Part shown: positions 1 to 16,757 of the stretch, one piece after another
Layout of the letters: each line of letters starts with the position of its first letter
How positions within the stretch are numbered: the first letter of the stretch is position 1
Source: Eledone cirrhosa
Lineage: Eukaryota
Direction: 5' to 3'
Assembly (NCBI GenBank): GCA_964016885.1
Contig: OZ024740.1
Coordinates: 370,946,001-371,010,000 of the forward strand
Length of the DNA: 64,000 nt
Notes under the pieces: generated by a model
Told to the model about the DNA's origin: nothing
What the model saw: the letters and a program-made list of their open reading frames with translations, nothing else
Database searches by the model: none
Translations under genes and position numbers: made by a program

Positions 1-1019
1 AGTTTTGTAATTTGCTATACTCGCTGACTGTTTGATAAATTCAATTGATTCTCAAAACCTCAGCTTTTGAATAATCTTACGAGAAAATCATTGTCGAAAA
101 AGTTTAACCTCTTTCAACAACAGAAGTAACACATACAGTGTTTCACTTATGTGTGCAGCTACACATTTTCCCAAATCTGTGGCCATGTTATTTCATTGTC
201 TCTACATCACATGGAATCTTATTATATGGAAAATCTCTCCCAATAAAGCATAATCGTGTTAGAAATTAACTACATAATATCTAGAGCATAGCATTCAAAA
301 TCATAATGAATCCTTGAAACATTCCACTAAACCCTATATCTTACAACTTTGAAAATCATTGGTTTTTGTTTCTCTGGTATACATTGATATATGTTTTGTT
401 AAGGGTCGAAATATGAAGATTTGTCATCCAAATTAGGTTTTTGCCACACAATGAGAAAATAAATGAAATTATAGTGAACATGTTTTCCTTCTCCGGTATA
501 TATATCAAGCTATTTCAACTTTCAGTTGATGTGGAATTGTTATAAAATATATATTTTCATTAAATTACATTAGTTTTGTTAATAAATTTGTTGTTACCTT
601 TTTTAATCGTCTTTTTTTTTTTAGAGTCACCTCGTTTTCATTTTAATCTATCATGTCTGTTTGTGCCGTTTCTTTTCTTTTTTTTTATTTCATCGTTTTT
701 AAATTTCGGTACAGTTACGGTTGAAGTGGCGAATTTGCAGTCCTCAGAACGTCAGATAGAACGCTTTACGGCATTCATTCTGGCTCTTCAAATTCCACCG
801 AGGTCAACTTTGCTTTTCCTGCTTTTGAAGTCAATAAAAAAAGTACAAGCCCAATACTGGGGTCGAATCTTTCTCTATACCTCTTTCTCACTTTTTCTCT
901 ATCACTCTCTCTTCTTCTCTGGGAGAAATCGGCTGTCTAGACCTGGAAAGAGATGGGCTCTGCAAGGTTTAAAATCTTCTTGTGGCGCTAAACTCCGCCA
1001 GTTGCAGACTGCGCACCAA

Positions 1020-1810
1020 TATGAGATATCTCTCTCCGCAAAGTTCGATGACCAGCAGCAGGGTTCAAAGAGCAAAGATCAAGTCTAGTCCATAAGTTAA
1101 CATTATCAAGCCATCATTTTGGCTGCCGGCCTCTGCTTCTCTTACCAGCCAACCTTCCTTCCAGGCATAACCTACTCGCACCACGAGTTGATCTTTTTAT
1201 ATGACCGTATAGTTTAAGTACTCTTAACTTGACAATTGATGTGATTGGTCTAAGTTTGGTAATGTTGAGCAGCTCACTGATACAGATACGGTCGCTGAGC
1301 CGCTTGCCAGTCATAAGTCTCATGATGTGGTTCTGGAATGTAGAGAGCTTCTGAAGTGACCTTGTCGTCCAATTAACACAGTCAAGACCATATAACACAA
1401 CTGGTAGGATGTAAGTATCAAAGGTCTTAGCCTTCAAATGATAGGAAACTCGTTTTGATGTTAGTACTTCCTTGTTCTTGTTGAAAGCTGCCCAACCTAG
1501 AGCGATGCGATACTGCGCAGCAACCATTCCATTGTTGTTTTATGATAGTTTGTGACAGAGATATACAAACTCTCTAACTTGAGCAATTTGCTGGTTGTAG
1601 GTTGTGATTTGGAGATTGGCATTGTTTTTATCAGTAGTCATACACTTTGTTTTGGAAATGTTGATGTGTAAGCCCGCCTCCAGCGAATGTTTGGCCAGTA
1701 CATTCAGGAAGTCTTGCAGATCAGTTCTAGAGTAACTCATGATGGCCAGATCGTTTTCATAGCTAAGATTTAATAGGATTTTACCTCCTATTTGATAGCC
1801 AGGGGAGCAT
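1020..1810 (-). mobile_element. Degenerate non-LTR retrotransposon (RTE-like) RT/C-terminal fragment
   Basis: ORFs 1540-1740 (GLHINISKTKCM...QVREFVYL) and 1114-1527 (RIALGWAAF...YILPVVLYG...LYGHIKR...GKRSRGRQ) match LINE RT thumb and C-terminus; broken by stops. Confidence 0.85.
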
Positions 1811-2088
1811 TCTTCTTCAGTTTAGTTTCAAATGCTACACTTCTATTGTCATCTGTCTGTTGTTGAGATTCAATAGAGATTTCATACACACATTTTTCAT
1901 TACAAATAAATGTCAAAGAAAACACACACACACTTTCAGAAAGCTAAAACATAAACTGCTAGAACTTAACATATGCCGAACCACTTCACTACTGGATTGA
2001 CGTCATGGTAACCGGAACATCACAATGATTGCATAACTGCACCAATGATTGCGTAAGCATTTGAACGAAGTCACATAAATAACCATGT

Positions 2089-2178
<90 letters not shown>

Positions 2179-2228
2179 GCAATAAACAATTATGGTGATT
2201 TAATCCCGTCTTAACTAACATTATTAAG

Positions 2229-2420
2229 GGTGGTGGATTGGCAGTATCGGTAGAGGGTCAGACGCCATGCTTTGCAGCACAGTTACGTCCCTTTACGGAC
2301 TGAGTTCAAATCCCGCCGAGGTTAACTTTGCCTTTCATCCTTACGGGGTCGATAAAATAAAGTACCAGTAATACACTGGGATAATTGCTGGCCTTGTGCC
2401 AAAAGTTGAAATAATTATTA
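2229..2420 (+). mobile_element. tRNA-derived SINE (family A), representative full copy
   Basis: A-box-like TGGCAGTATCGG, B-box GAGTTCAAATCC, body AACTTTGCCTTTCATCCTTACGGGGTCGATAAAATAAAGTACCAG. Other copies at about 760-870, 3600-3765, 3855-4070, 16780-16845, 31315-31470, 32125-32320, 37720-37850(-), 39683-39870, 41005-41140, 49530-49740 and 57445-57625. Confidence 0.85.
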
Positions 2421-2555
2421 AGGTTAACTTTGCCTTTCATCCTTACGGGGTCGATAAAATAAAGTACCTGTAATGTACTGGGTAATTGCTGGCCTTGTGC
2501 CTAAAATAGAAACAATTATTTGATAAATGAATACTCCGTCACTCATTACCACCTA

Positions 2556-2600
<45 letters not shown>

Positions 2601-2806
2601 TCACAATACGTCAGTAGTTTATCCCAGGTAGGTGGTAATGAGTGACGGAGTATTCATTTATCAAATAATTGTTTCTATTTTAGGCACAAGGCCAGCAATT
2701 ACCCAGTACATTACTGGTACTTTATTTTATCGACCCCGTAAGGATGAAAAGCAAAGTTAACCTCGGCAGGATTTGAACTCAGATCGTAAAGATCGTTAGT
2801 TAAGAC

Positions 2807-2843
<37 letters not shown>

Positions 2844-2847
<4 letters not shown>

Positions 2848-3251
2848 TACTTCAAAATATTAATAAATATAGACATTCATGTGATCAAATATATTTTATT
2901 ATACATATTTCAGAGGTACTGAGCTGTTTCATCAGTACGTCCTCATCAGATAAAATAAATTGATGTCTGACATACCTCAACTGTGCAGAAGGTTCAATTC
3001 CGGTCTGCCAAGACTGGAATTGAACCATCAGCACAGTTGAGGTATGTTAGACATCAATTTATTTTATCTGATGAAACAGCTCAGTACCTCTGAAATATGT
3101 ATAATAAAATATATTTGATCACATGAATGTCTATATTTATTAATATTTTGAAGTAATATTAATAATTCCAGAAAACCTCGTCTGTTTAGTGCTTCTAATC
3201 TATTGTAAAACTTTATTCATTGATTAATCAATGAACTTTGTTAAACTTTTG

Positions 3252-3255
<4 letters not shown>
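2844..3255. mobile_element. (TA)n-embedded fold-back mini-element with HHR-like motif (Penelope pLTR-type)
   Basis: Near-perfect palindrome 2844-3159 centred at about 3008, plus a unique tail to 3255; flanked by (TA)n. The left arm on minus reads CTGATGAGGACGTACTGATGAAACAGCTCAGTA. Confidence 0.7.
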
Positions 3256-3299
<44 letters not shown>

Positions 3300-4685
3300 A
3301 AAACAACCAAGTAATGGTGTGACACAGAAACGATGGAATCCCGGATGATTAAATCACAATCCACCATTTACTTCCTGCTCTTTACATTTGAAGTTACAAT
3401 CCTGTCTTACACGTTAATAGGATGAGACGGTTACCAATTGACATGTACAGTAATTTAAATATAGAAAACGAGTTGAAAACATTATTTACAAAGTAAGTTA
3501 AATACAATGACCAGGTAGAATAAAATAACAGGATTCAATGTGAACAGAATGAAGAAGGTGCGGAAATATGTCGAAAAATTGTTTGTTTTTTGGAGGGCTT
3601 CTTTTGTTCTATCTCTTCTGAATTTGAACCCCATCGAGGTTAAATTTACCTCTCATCCTTCTAGGGTCAATAAAATAAAGTACCAGTAAAGTACTGGAGT
3701 CGATGTCATTGAGTTTCCCATTCTCCCAAATTGCTGGTCCTGTGCCAAAGTTAGAAAGAATTATTAATGTTGTATATCATATATATAAATGTATTTTGCA
3801 TGTATTTCCATACACAAAGTTATATGATTTATTATTGTTTCTGCTTATCAGGACAGTGGATTAACAGAATCATTAGAGCGTCGGACAAAATACTTAGACG
3901 CATTTAGTTACAGCCCTTTACGCTATAAGATCAAATCCCACCGAGGCCAACTTGACGTTTCATTTTTCCGGGATCGATAAAACAAAGTACCAGTCACGAA
4001 CTGGGGTCGATGTAATCTATTTTCTACTTCCCACAAATTGTTGGCCTTGTATCTAAATTAGAAATAATTATTGTTGTTGTTTATCCCCTGCTCAGCAGAT
4101 ATCCTCTTTTCTTACCTCAAACATCCAGTATGTCTTTCCCTTTTTTATAAACAGTAAGATGTGACTTGCAGACAATATAACTACTATTTCTAACAAATCC
4201 ACCAACCGATGAAATATTTACATATCGTATCCACTCGTACAGTTGTTTGGAATTCATATGTAAGTATATTTATGTGTGTGCACTCGTGTGTGCGCGTGTC
4301 GGGGGGCTACGTATGTGTCAGTGTGTCTGTATATCTGTCTGTTTATGAGTATATACGATAGTCTCCCTTGTATTTCTGATATTGTGCGAAAAGGGAGGGT
4401 GAGAGTTGCAGGCCATTGCCATCGCGCCTCAAATAATACTGTTTTAGTGCTTTGGAAAGCAACAGCTGTGAAAAGCCAGAGGTTGCAAGCTCTCCTATTC
4501 AGATGCCATAGCCAGAGACTCTGGCACTGATGTTCGGGTTGTAATAGCAATACAATGGACAAAACTATGTGGAAATCTATTGTTAAGTTTATTTCGGAAG
4601 AGGCCGCAGAATCATGTGAGTATGTGTGCGCACGAACGTAATTAATAGCGTGCCAATACATGAATATTAGCAAATATCTATCTAT

Positions 4686-4835
4686 CTAAGGCGGGTAAAA
4701 TTCCCGAGATCCATGGACGAGTTCTCTCCAGCGGTCTCTGTCCCTCATTATCGCTGCCATGTCCTGCGTCTCCAACAGACCAGTGTCTATCCTTAGGGCA
4801 TCAACATACGTTAACCTTGGTCTTCCTCTTCTAGT
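4686..4835 (-). mobile_element. RTE-type LINE 3'-end fragment
   Basis: RRGRPRLTYVDALRIDTGL...MRDRDRWRELV resembles the C-terminus of RTE ORF2. Confidence 0.65.
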
Positions 4836-5114
4836 GGATATACTGAGCAAATATACTGAGTGATATCCATATGTTTTAAATTTCGTTGTATAATTAGGCC
4901 TCCCACACATGCATATATTATGTGGAGGCGATATTTGTCTGTAAAATAGAGCAGACTTTATAACAAAAATGAAAGAGAAATTTCAAAGGGAGGACATTTC
5001 AAAGAAAATTAGTTAAATAACGAAAATGAAACAAACCCAATATCTGTTAAAGATGGAAAGTTTAAACTGGTGAAGTTGTTATGGAAATGAAACATGCAGA
5101 CATCATGTTCTTTG

Positions 5115-5700
5115 GTGGTGGGGAGAGGGTGAATGTGGTGACCGTGGTGTTGGTGGTGGTGTTGGTGGTCTTCGTAGTGTTGGTGGTAGTCGTGGTGTTG
5201 GTGGTGGTCGTGGTGTTGGTGGTGGTCGTGGTGTTGGTGGTAGTCGTGGTGTTGGTGGTGGTCGTAGTGTTGGTGGTGGTGGCCGTGGTGTTGGTGTTGA
5301 TGTTGGTGGTGGTGGTGGTGGTGGTGGTGGTTGGGGGTCGTCGTCGCGGTGGCGATGGTGGGTGCTAATGTTAATGGTGACAGTAATGGTGCTAGTAGCT
5401 GGTGGTAGTTATGGTATTGGAAGTAGTACTATATTGGTAGTGGTGGTGGTAGTGGCTTGCTGCTAGTGGTAGTTGTTTGTGGTGAGCATAAGAAAGATAG
5501 GACAAAAATATAATGATGAGAAATGGAAAGTAAAATTGAGGTAATATTGAGTAAAAAAACTATATGAGTAGGTGCTGGTGGTGAGTAGGTGGTGGTGGTG
5601 GTGGTGGTAAGTAGGTGATGGTGATGAGTAGGAGGTGGTGGTGGTGATGGTGAGTAGGTGATGGTGGTGAGTAGGAGGTGGTGGTGGTGTTGAGTAGGAG
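5115..5700. repeat. (GGT)n-rich low-complexity / degenerate tandem repeat
   Basis: GTGGTGTTGGTGGTGGTC 18-mer reiterations and GGT runs; explains the poly-Val and poly-His/Pro ORFs. Confidence 0.9.
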
Positions 5701-6187
5701 GCTGAAGAGGAAGAGCAAAAGAGAAGGATAAGTTTTAATAGTAACAACAGCAACAATAAGATGATAATTTAAAGTTACTGGAGAAAAAAGAAAGAAAGAA
5801 AGAAGGAAGGAAAGAAAGAAAGAAAGAAAGAACGAGAAATGAACGATAAAGAAAAAAATAGCAGTAAAAATAGAGATAAAGAACATAAAAAGGTTAGGCA
5901 AGATGGTGACAGAAATTGCTAGAAAGAAACCATGAATCTTGTTAAGATTTGATGGAAAAACACGTGCAAATGGAATGACTTGGATGATTATAGAAGATGA
6001 AGGAGAAAATGATGGAGGAGTGACACGGCAGAATTGGGGAAGTGGGGAATTGTGATACTCCCACTATATCCCACTAAATAAGATGTCATTATGAAGATAT
6101 CTGAGTTGATATATACTCTTTTGCTTTTTTATTTCAGTCATTTGACTGTGGCCGTGCTGGGGCACCGCCCTAAAAGAATTTAGTCGA

Positions 6188-6233
<46 letters not shown>

Positions 6234-6238
6234 GTACG

Positions 6239-6304
<66 letters not shown>

Positions 6305-6398
6305 TATACATATATTTATATATACATATATTTATATATACACATATATTTATATATATATATATATTTATATATACATATATATTTATATATGCATA

Positions 6399-7485
<1,087 letters not shown>

Positions 7486-7558
7486 ATATATATCTATATA
7501 TATAATTATTAAGGCCAGTTACTGCAATCTCTATCAGGCTATTATCACTATATATATG

Positions 7559-7612
<54 letters not shown>

Positions 7613-7779
7613 CTCTATTAAGTGTTCCAGCCGATAGGGTGAGGCCATGCTGGGGCACCACCATTAAAAAACGACCGTCCATTTCACTTTTTTTATTTGT
7701 TTCTGTCATTTGACTACCGACATGTTGTGGCACCAGCCTAAAATATTTTAGTAGATCATATATATATGTGTGTAAAATC

Positions 7780-8292
7780 TAAACAGAGATAACAAAGCAA
7801 ATGACACAGTACATATTAGTTTAACGCTTGAAATAAGAGGAAAAGAGTCTTAACGTTTCGGACTCCAGTCTTTCAACAGAAGATGAAATGGGAAATAAAA
7901 GATGAAATAGAAAGATAGAGAGTGAGAAAAGGAAAGAACGGGAAAAATGAGAATATATATATGTAGAGAGAGAGAGATAGGGGGGGGGGGGATATATATA
8001 GAATAACTGGAGAGAGATAACTCTATGTATGCTACAGAGCTATTTGGTAAATGGAATAATTGTCTTATGTTGTTTATTACATAATATATAAGATGTCAAC
8101 ATGAATGGACCTGTTATTTTTATCTAAAGACATTTTTTCCAATTCCATCCCACCCGTCCCCTCAATCTATTTTATTTCTCATTCTTTCTTCTGATGAAGG
8201 ACTAGCGTCCGAAACGTTAAGACCCTCTTCCTGATATATCAAGCGTTAACCTAATATATACTGTACCGATTGCGTTGTTATTTCTGTTTACC
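7780..8292. mobile_element. Inverted pair of Penelope-type pLTR 3' ends, each with a minimal hammerhead
   Basis: 7780-7883 is a diverged reverse complement of 8187-8292. Confidence 0.7.
8187..8222 (+). ncRNA. Minimal type I hammerhead ribozyme motif
   Basis: TCTT-CTGATGA-A-GGAC-TAGC-GTCC-GAAA-CG-TT-AAGA: stem I TCTT/AAGA, stem II GGAC/GTCC, palindromic minimal stem III (ACGT). Confidence 0.7.
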
Positions 8293-8376
8293 TATATATA
8301 TATATATGTAAGGATGATTTTTCGATGATGATTTCATATGAATGAAACAGTTCTGATCCTGTAAAAGTCATACATT

Positions 8377-8551
8377 TACCGCATTTCTTGGCGATGAAGA
8401 CGCTACTTTTTTCCTAAAATAAGTCTCAAAAATCTACCATGCGTCCTGGAGGCCGAAGGTTGTTTATTATTTTTTTTTCCAATTTTTGGTTGTCAAAATT
8501 AGGGTGCGTCCTCGAGGACGAAGCGTCTTCGGCGCTGGGAAATACGGGGTA
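8377..8551. mobile_element. Tc1/pogo-like MITE
   Basis: Imperfect TIRs TACCGCATTTCTTGGCGATGAAGACGC / GCGTCTTCGGCGCTGGGAAATACGG with TA ends. Confidence 0.6.
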
Positions 8552-8920
8552 AAAGGGGGTAAAGTTTGAAACAAGTCGAAGATTATAACATAAAAGTAGA
8601 ATTGTACAGACGTTTATTTAATGAATCTTTTTTTCTTTAATCAACAAAACAAGTATCTCTGTATTTGATACATAAAATATATTTAATCTTTATCAAATAT
8701 TTTTTACCAGATTCAGTTAGTTTCGATCAACTTATCCAAGAATGATAAATTCTATTCTTATATGTTGTGAGCTATTAATCAAATGGTTATTTGCTATGAA
8801 AATATCTTTTCATGTATTTTCTTCTGTTAGGGATTCAAATAGAAAATCCCTTTTCTATTCAAATAAAAAAAGTTGATGGCAGTATGGTGTCCTGTGATCT
8901 CTGTGTATGTGGAGTGTATG

Positions 8921-8990
<70 letters not shown>

Positions 8991-8993
<3 letters not shown>

Positions 8994-9071
8994 AGGGTTC
9001 CCCAAAAACATGTATACATACTTCAACAGCATTCTAATAACAGTGTGTATACATTTTGGGGACACTCTGTA
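8991..9071. mobile_element. Tc1/mariner-like tiny MITE
   Basis: TACAGGGTTCCCCAAAAACATGTATACA...TGTATACATTTTGGGGACACTCTGTA; related copy at about 54625-54713. Confidence 0.6.
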
Positions 9072-9099
9072 TATGTATATATGTGTATATATACATACT

Positions 9100-9203
<104 letters not shown>

Positions 9204-9270
9204 ATTTAATATAGAAATGGCTTCTACAGGACTAGAACTGTTTCATCCGAAGGAAATCATCGGGGCTTTC

Positions 9271-9319
<49 letters not shown>

Positions 9320-12300
9320 GCTTCGGAAAAAAAACTAAATTACAGCAATGGTCATGCACAGGGGAGGTAATAGAATGGTTTACGCTATTACCTGAGAAAA
9401 GTGGGACCAGCTTTATCCAACTGGATATTGCTGGCTACTACTCCTCAATCTCGTCTATAGTACTTAATAAGGCTCTTATTTTAGCGATGTCCAATACGGA
9501 CCTGACCCGCAAGGAGGTAGGCATCATCCACGCCGCCCGAAAGACCTTGATCCGTTTCGGTGGGGACCTTTGAACCAGGAGTGATTGGCCAAATAACTTT
9601 GACATCACGATGGGCTCCAGCGACTCTGCGCAGATAACGGACCTGGTCGGGCTCTTCCTGCTGAAACAGATAAAAGAAGAAATCCCCTGCCTAGGCGGCG
9701 GATTATATCGTGACGATGCTCTCTTCGCCGTCTATGACCACAGCACCACTATGGTGGAGAGAATGAAGAGGCGAATTAGGCGTTTCTTTAGAAACCATGG
9801 GCTCAGTATTGAATTAGACCCCAATAGAAAGGTAGTCAACTTCCTAGACACCACCCTAAACCTGAACACTGAGCAATACTACCCCTATCACAAGGCCATC
9901 GAGAAACTGGTATATGTTAACGCTAAGTCAAACCACCCTAGATCCATAATTAAGGCCGTAGTCAAGAGTGTCTCGAACAGGATCTCCAACCTGTCCGTCA
10001 ATAAGGAGATCTTCGATAGCAACGCAGAGTATTATAACGCAGCTTTAAATAAGGCGGCCCATGGCCAAACTATATCTTACAACTAGAGGCGCCATGATAG
10101 GGATAGACCATCGGACTCCCCGACCCACGGCATCCGGGAGGGGGGAACCCTAATAGTGCAGGCAGGGTGGAAGCCACTAAACCCCATGAACCCGGCACCA
10201 CCAAATTAGCGAAAAGGACGCGTACGCCTAGCCATGGGAGGAAACCCAGTACGCGAGGCGGTCTCAGGGGGGATACTAACCATCCCAGGCCCGACGCCCC
10301 CAACCGCAAGACACGAAGCGGGACTGATGGAGGATCATCCCATTGTAGAACTCTCAGCGTGGGCACACACCACCCTACAAGTACGGGCCGAGAAGCTAGC
10401 AAAACACATAGCGCCCAAAGGGGAAACAACAATGCGGGAACCAGTAGCAACACAACAACTCCCCAACAGCCCACAGCACGCTCAACCCACCCACATAGGA
10501 ATAGACTAAGAAACATAACGTCTACTCAGCGGGCCTAAAGACCAGCCTGGCCCGGTCATTCTTTAGGGCACTAGATAAATGCATCCCGAGGGACCACAGA
10601 TACCACAAGATCTTCAACAGACACACTGTGAAGCTCTCGTATTCTACCACGCGCAACGTAGCCCAGCACATAGCTAGCATCAATAGGAGTAGACTTACTA
10701 CACACAACCAGCAGCTGGCAATATAAGCGCCCAGCACAGCCATGTAGAGGGAAGGAATGGGGCACCCGGTACCCACCCTGGGAACCTAAACAGACCCAGG
10801 GACCCCCCCCCCCCCCCCACCCCCCACCGGTCCCAGGGGCAGACCACCCTATACTACGCAAAGGGAACCCCACAATAGGCACTCAGGAGTCAACCACCTC
10901 CTGCAACTGCAGAACCCCCACATTATTCCCCTTTAGTAATGAATGCCTCATGAAGAACCTAGTATACGGATGTAAAGTAAAATCCCCCAACTCTGAGCAC
11001 CTTTATATCGGAGTCACATCAACGAGCTTCAAAGACAGATGGTATAACCATCGCCATTCCTTTAATAGAGAGGGCAAAAGGAAAAGTACGGCTCTTTCCG
11101 AACTGATCTGGAAGCTCAAGCTGGACAGGACTCCGTACTCTCTGGCCTGGTCCAAAATCAGGAAAGTGCCACCTGATAGAGGGGGGATCTGGCATCTGCA
11201 ACCTATGTCTGAGAGAGAGACCTTCGAGATACTCAATGGTTGGAGCAGCATAATCAACCTCAGGACCGACTTCTTTGGTACATGTAGACACCTCAGAGCC
11301 GGAACCTTCCTCAAGCTATATGGATAACACCCTATTGGGATGGGAACTTCCCTGAAGCTATAGGGACAGCAGCCTCATCACACCGAGCCCAAGGTAAACC
11401 ACCCCTACACACTCCCCACCTCTACTCCCGCCTCGATCGACTCCTATAGCAACACACCTACCTAGCAGCTAAAACCATGCCTCACACCGCTGTGGTCAAC
11501 CCCTCTCTCTCACTTCCTTAACCAGAACTCAAGTTAACTGACATTAGATGATATAAATAGACGAAGTACGTCGGTGGAGTCCTATCTTCTGTGCAAACAG
11601 GCACCCCAAGTTTCCGGCCAGCGGGCCCCAACGCCCAACCCCGGCTTGTGACCCGAATACCCGGAGTATATCCTGCCTCGAACACGACCCCTTCGCACTC
11701 TTGAGTCAGGTATAAATACCACAAGTAAATAGGACGCGCCTATTACTACCACTTACCCCTCTCCCCACCTCCAGAGGTGACTTTGACCCTGTGTCCGTGT
11801 GGGTGTATCCAGATGTGGGCGTATATGGAATTATGTGTTGGCGTGCATGTATGCGTGTGTGTTACTGTGTAGACATAATATGGGAATGCACCTGAGTCTG
11901 TGTTTGTGCGTGTGTGCTTGCAACGGTGTGTGTTGACAAACATACACACATATGTACTTTATGCTGAAATAAGAATTGTAGTCCTTTACACTTCTGGATT
12001 TTGACACACAGGTTGTTTTGGTATTTTTCACTCCACTTTTACCTCATTTGTTTTTAAAACGCACCCACCTTTTGTTAGACTGTGGGCGTAAATAGGTGAA
12101 TGGACCGAGCCTGTGTCTATATGTGTGCACGCGCAGCAGTGCGCCCTGACGGACAATCACACGTACATACTCCATACTATATGCTAGAATAAGAATTGTA
12201 ATTCTTTACACTTCTCGATTCTGACACACAGGTTTTTTATTTCAGTTTATATTTTTCAAAATTGTTTATATTGGTTGTGACACACACGCATCCTTTATTT

Positions 12301-12720
12301 GTTTGGAATCTGCCACCACATGAAATGGTGGCAGGATAGATGCCAGTCTACACACATAAATTCTTCAGACCATAGCAGCAGCATACTAAAGTTGACCTGC
12401 TAACTGACCTCTTAGCACCACTATCACTACCAACACAGTGAAAGGAGGTCAACTGTACTTAAACATTCTGACAAAAACAATTATAACAGACTGACCTGCC
12501 TCAGAAGAATTTCTATAGAGTTTTGACTGAGGAGTGGTCTCACAACTGACCAATGGGATACGAGCGTGTCCTATGACGCTGAAATTCGTTTGTTCTATCC
12601 CATATGAATCCAGTTCCTTGGAGGACTAACAACACACCCAGGAGCTGGACATATCGATGTATTGACAGAGTGAAACACACTTCAACAACATGTGTACCTG
12701 TCTTTTTCACACCAATTTGG

Positions 12721-12775
12721 ACTGCCTGAAGAGATCACAGCCAATAATAGCTGTCACCGAAATATATATAGCAGT
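12721..12775 (+). ncRNA. Type I hammerhead ribozyme at the 3' end (pLTR) of the Naiad-like PLE
   Basis: ACTGC-CTGAAGA-G...ACAGC-CAATAATA-GCTGT...C-GAAA-TATATATA-GCAGT: perfect 5-bp stem I, stem II, palindromic minimal stem III. Confidence 0.8.
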
Positions 12776-12785
12776 AAATTTATAA

Positions 12786-13699
12786 TCTATATATATAAAA
12801 CTGTGGTTGTCTGTCTGTCTATCGATTTTTGGCACACATCTCCTCTTAGAATCTCTCACGGAATTGCACCGAAATTGCTATACTTGTACATTGAGCCCTA
12901 GCGAAGACATCGGAAAAAAAAAATTTCAAATTGACCCACCCTATGTGACGAAATCGAATATAATGTATCGATTTTTGAGCGTAAGTTATCAGTTATTTCC
13001 CTTTGTTCTGTTTACATTGAGCGTCTTACGTAAAAAATTACGCTGGCTTTCTCAGCGTTTAAAATGACATTAACACAATACACGAAGCTTCCGTTTTGCT
13101 TCATTTCCATTTAAAAGCATTTTAAAACAATATTTTTACTTGAAAACAAGTCTATTTAAAGACTACGTAAAACAAGCAAATATTTCGTCGTTAGGCGTGC
13201 AGACAGACAGTCGTGCAGAGAGGTGATATACGCGTGCAGACAGACAGTCGTGCAGAGAGGTGATATAGGCGTGCAGACAGACAGTCGTACAGAGAGGTGA
13301 TATAGGCGTGCAGACAGACAGTCGTGCAGAGAGGTGATATAGGCGTGCAGACAGACAGTCGTGCAGAGAGGTAATATAGGCGTGCAGACAGACATAACTG
13401 ATAATTTGGTTACGCTAATGTTTTTCTCTGCGTTGCAGTGTTTACATTTTCGATCTTTGTTAATAAATAACCAGTGCAGTTTCTATCCCCAGCATCCTCT
13501 TTTGTTATAACATTCGGGTTATCGTTATGTTTTCTTAACTTCATAAGGCATATTGTTGGTTGAGGGAATATTAATCAAAAACACCACATGCAAGTCTGCA
13601 CAGTAGACACTACAGTTTTTAAGCCAAGAAAGAAACTTAACATTGTAACTTTAACACAGCTACTGAGCGACCCCGAGCAACGCCGAGCTTTACTGCTAG
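12786..13699 (+). mobile_element. Non-autonomous Helitron
   Basis: 5' TCTATATATATAAAACTG; 3' GC-rich subterminal motif (CCCGAGCAACGCCGAG) followed by CTAG; inserted between A and T with no TSD. Confidence 0.85.
13194..13394. repeat. 37-bp minisatellite (about 5.4 copies) inside the Helitron
   Basis: Unit GGCGTGCAGACAGACAGTCGTGCAGAGAGGTGATATA starts at 13194, 13231, 13268, 13305, 13342 and 13379 (partial). Confidence 0.92.
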
Positions 13700-13745
13700 T
13701 TTATAATAAACGAAGCCAAATTTTACATATTTGACTTACTTATTT

Positions 13746-16757
<3,012 letters not shown>

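Larger units (their letters stand above)
9318..13750 (+). mobile_element. Penelope-like retroelement (Naiad-like), 5'-truncated; RT + GIY-YIG pseudogene with long 3' region, interrupted by a Helitron
   Basis: RT motifs [39 protein letters not shown]; HKIFNRHTVKLSYS (about 10600-10650); linker CNCR...CL; GIY-YIG NLVYGC...LYIGVT..FKDRWYNH; CNLC and CRH. Contains stops and frameshifts; bounded by (TA)n. Confidence 0.88.

Noticed and set aside
576-1088. 170-aa ORF
   Set aside because: T-rich low-complexity sequence overlapping a SINE fragment and the antisense of a LINE end.
9571-11327. Selenocysteine recoding, as reported for some Naiad elements
   Set aside because: The visible TGA at 9571 falls at a position normally Trp, the conserved Cys positions checked are not TGA, and no SECIS could be identified by eye.
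12527-12590. Second hammerhead (CTGAGGA...GAAA) in the Naiad 3' region
   Set aside because: GAAA is too far from the hairpin and stems I and III could not be formed convincingly.
13194-13394. 37-bp repeats as a CRISPR array
   Set aside because: Head-to-tail units with no unique spacers, no cas genes, eukaryotic Helitron context.
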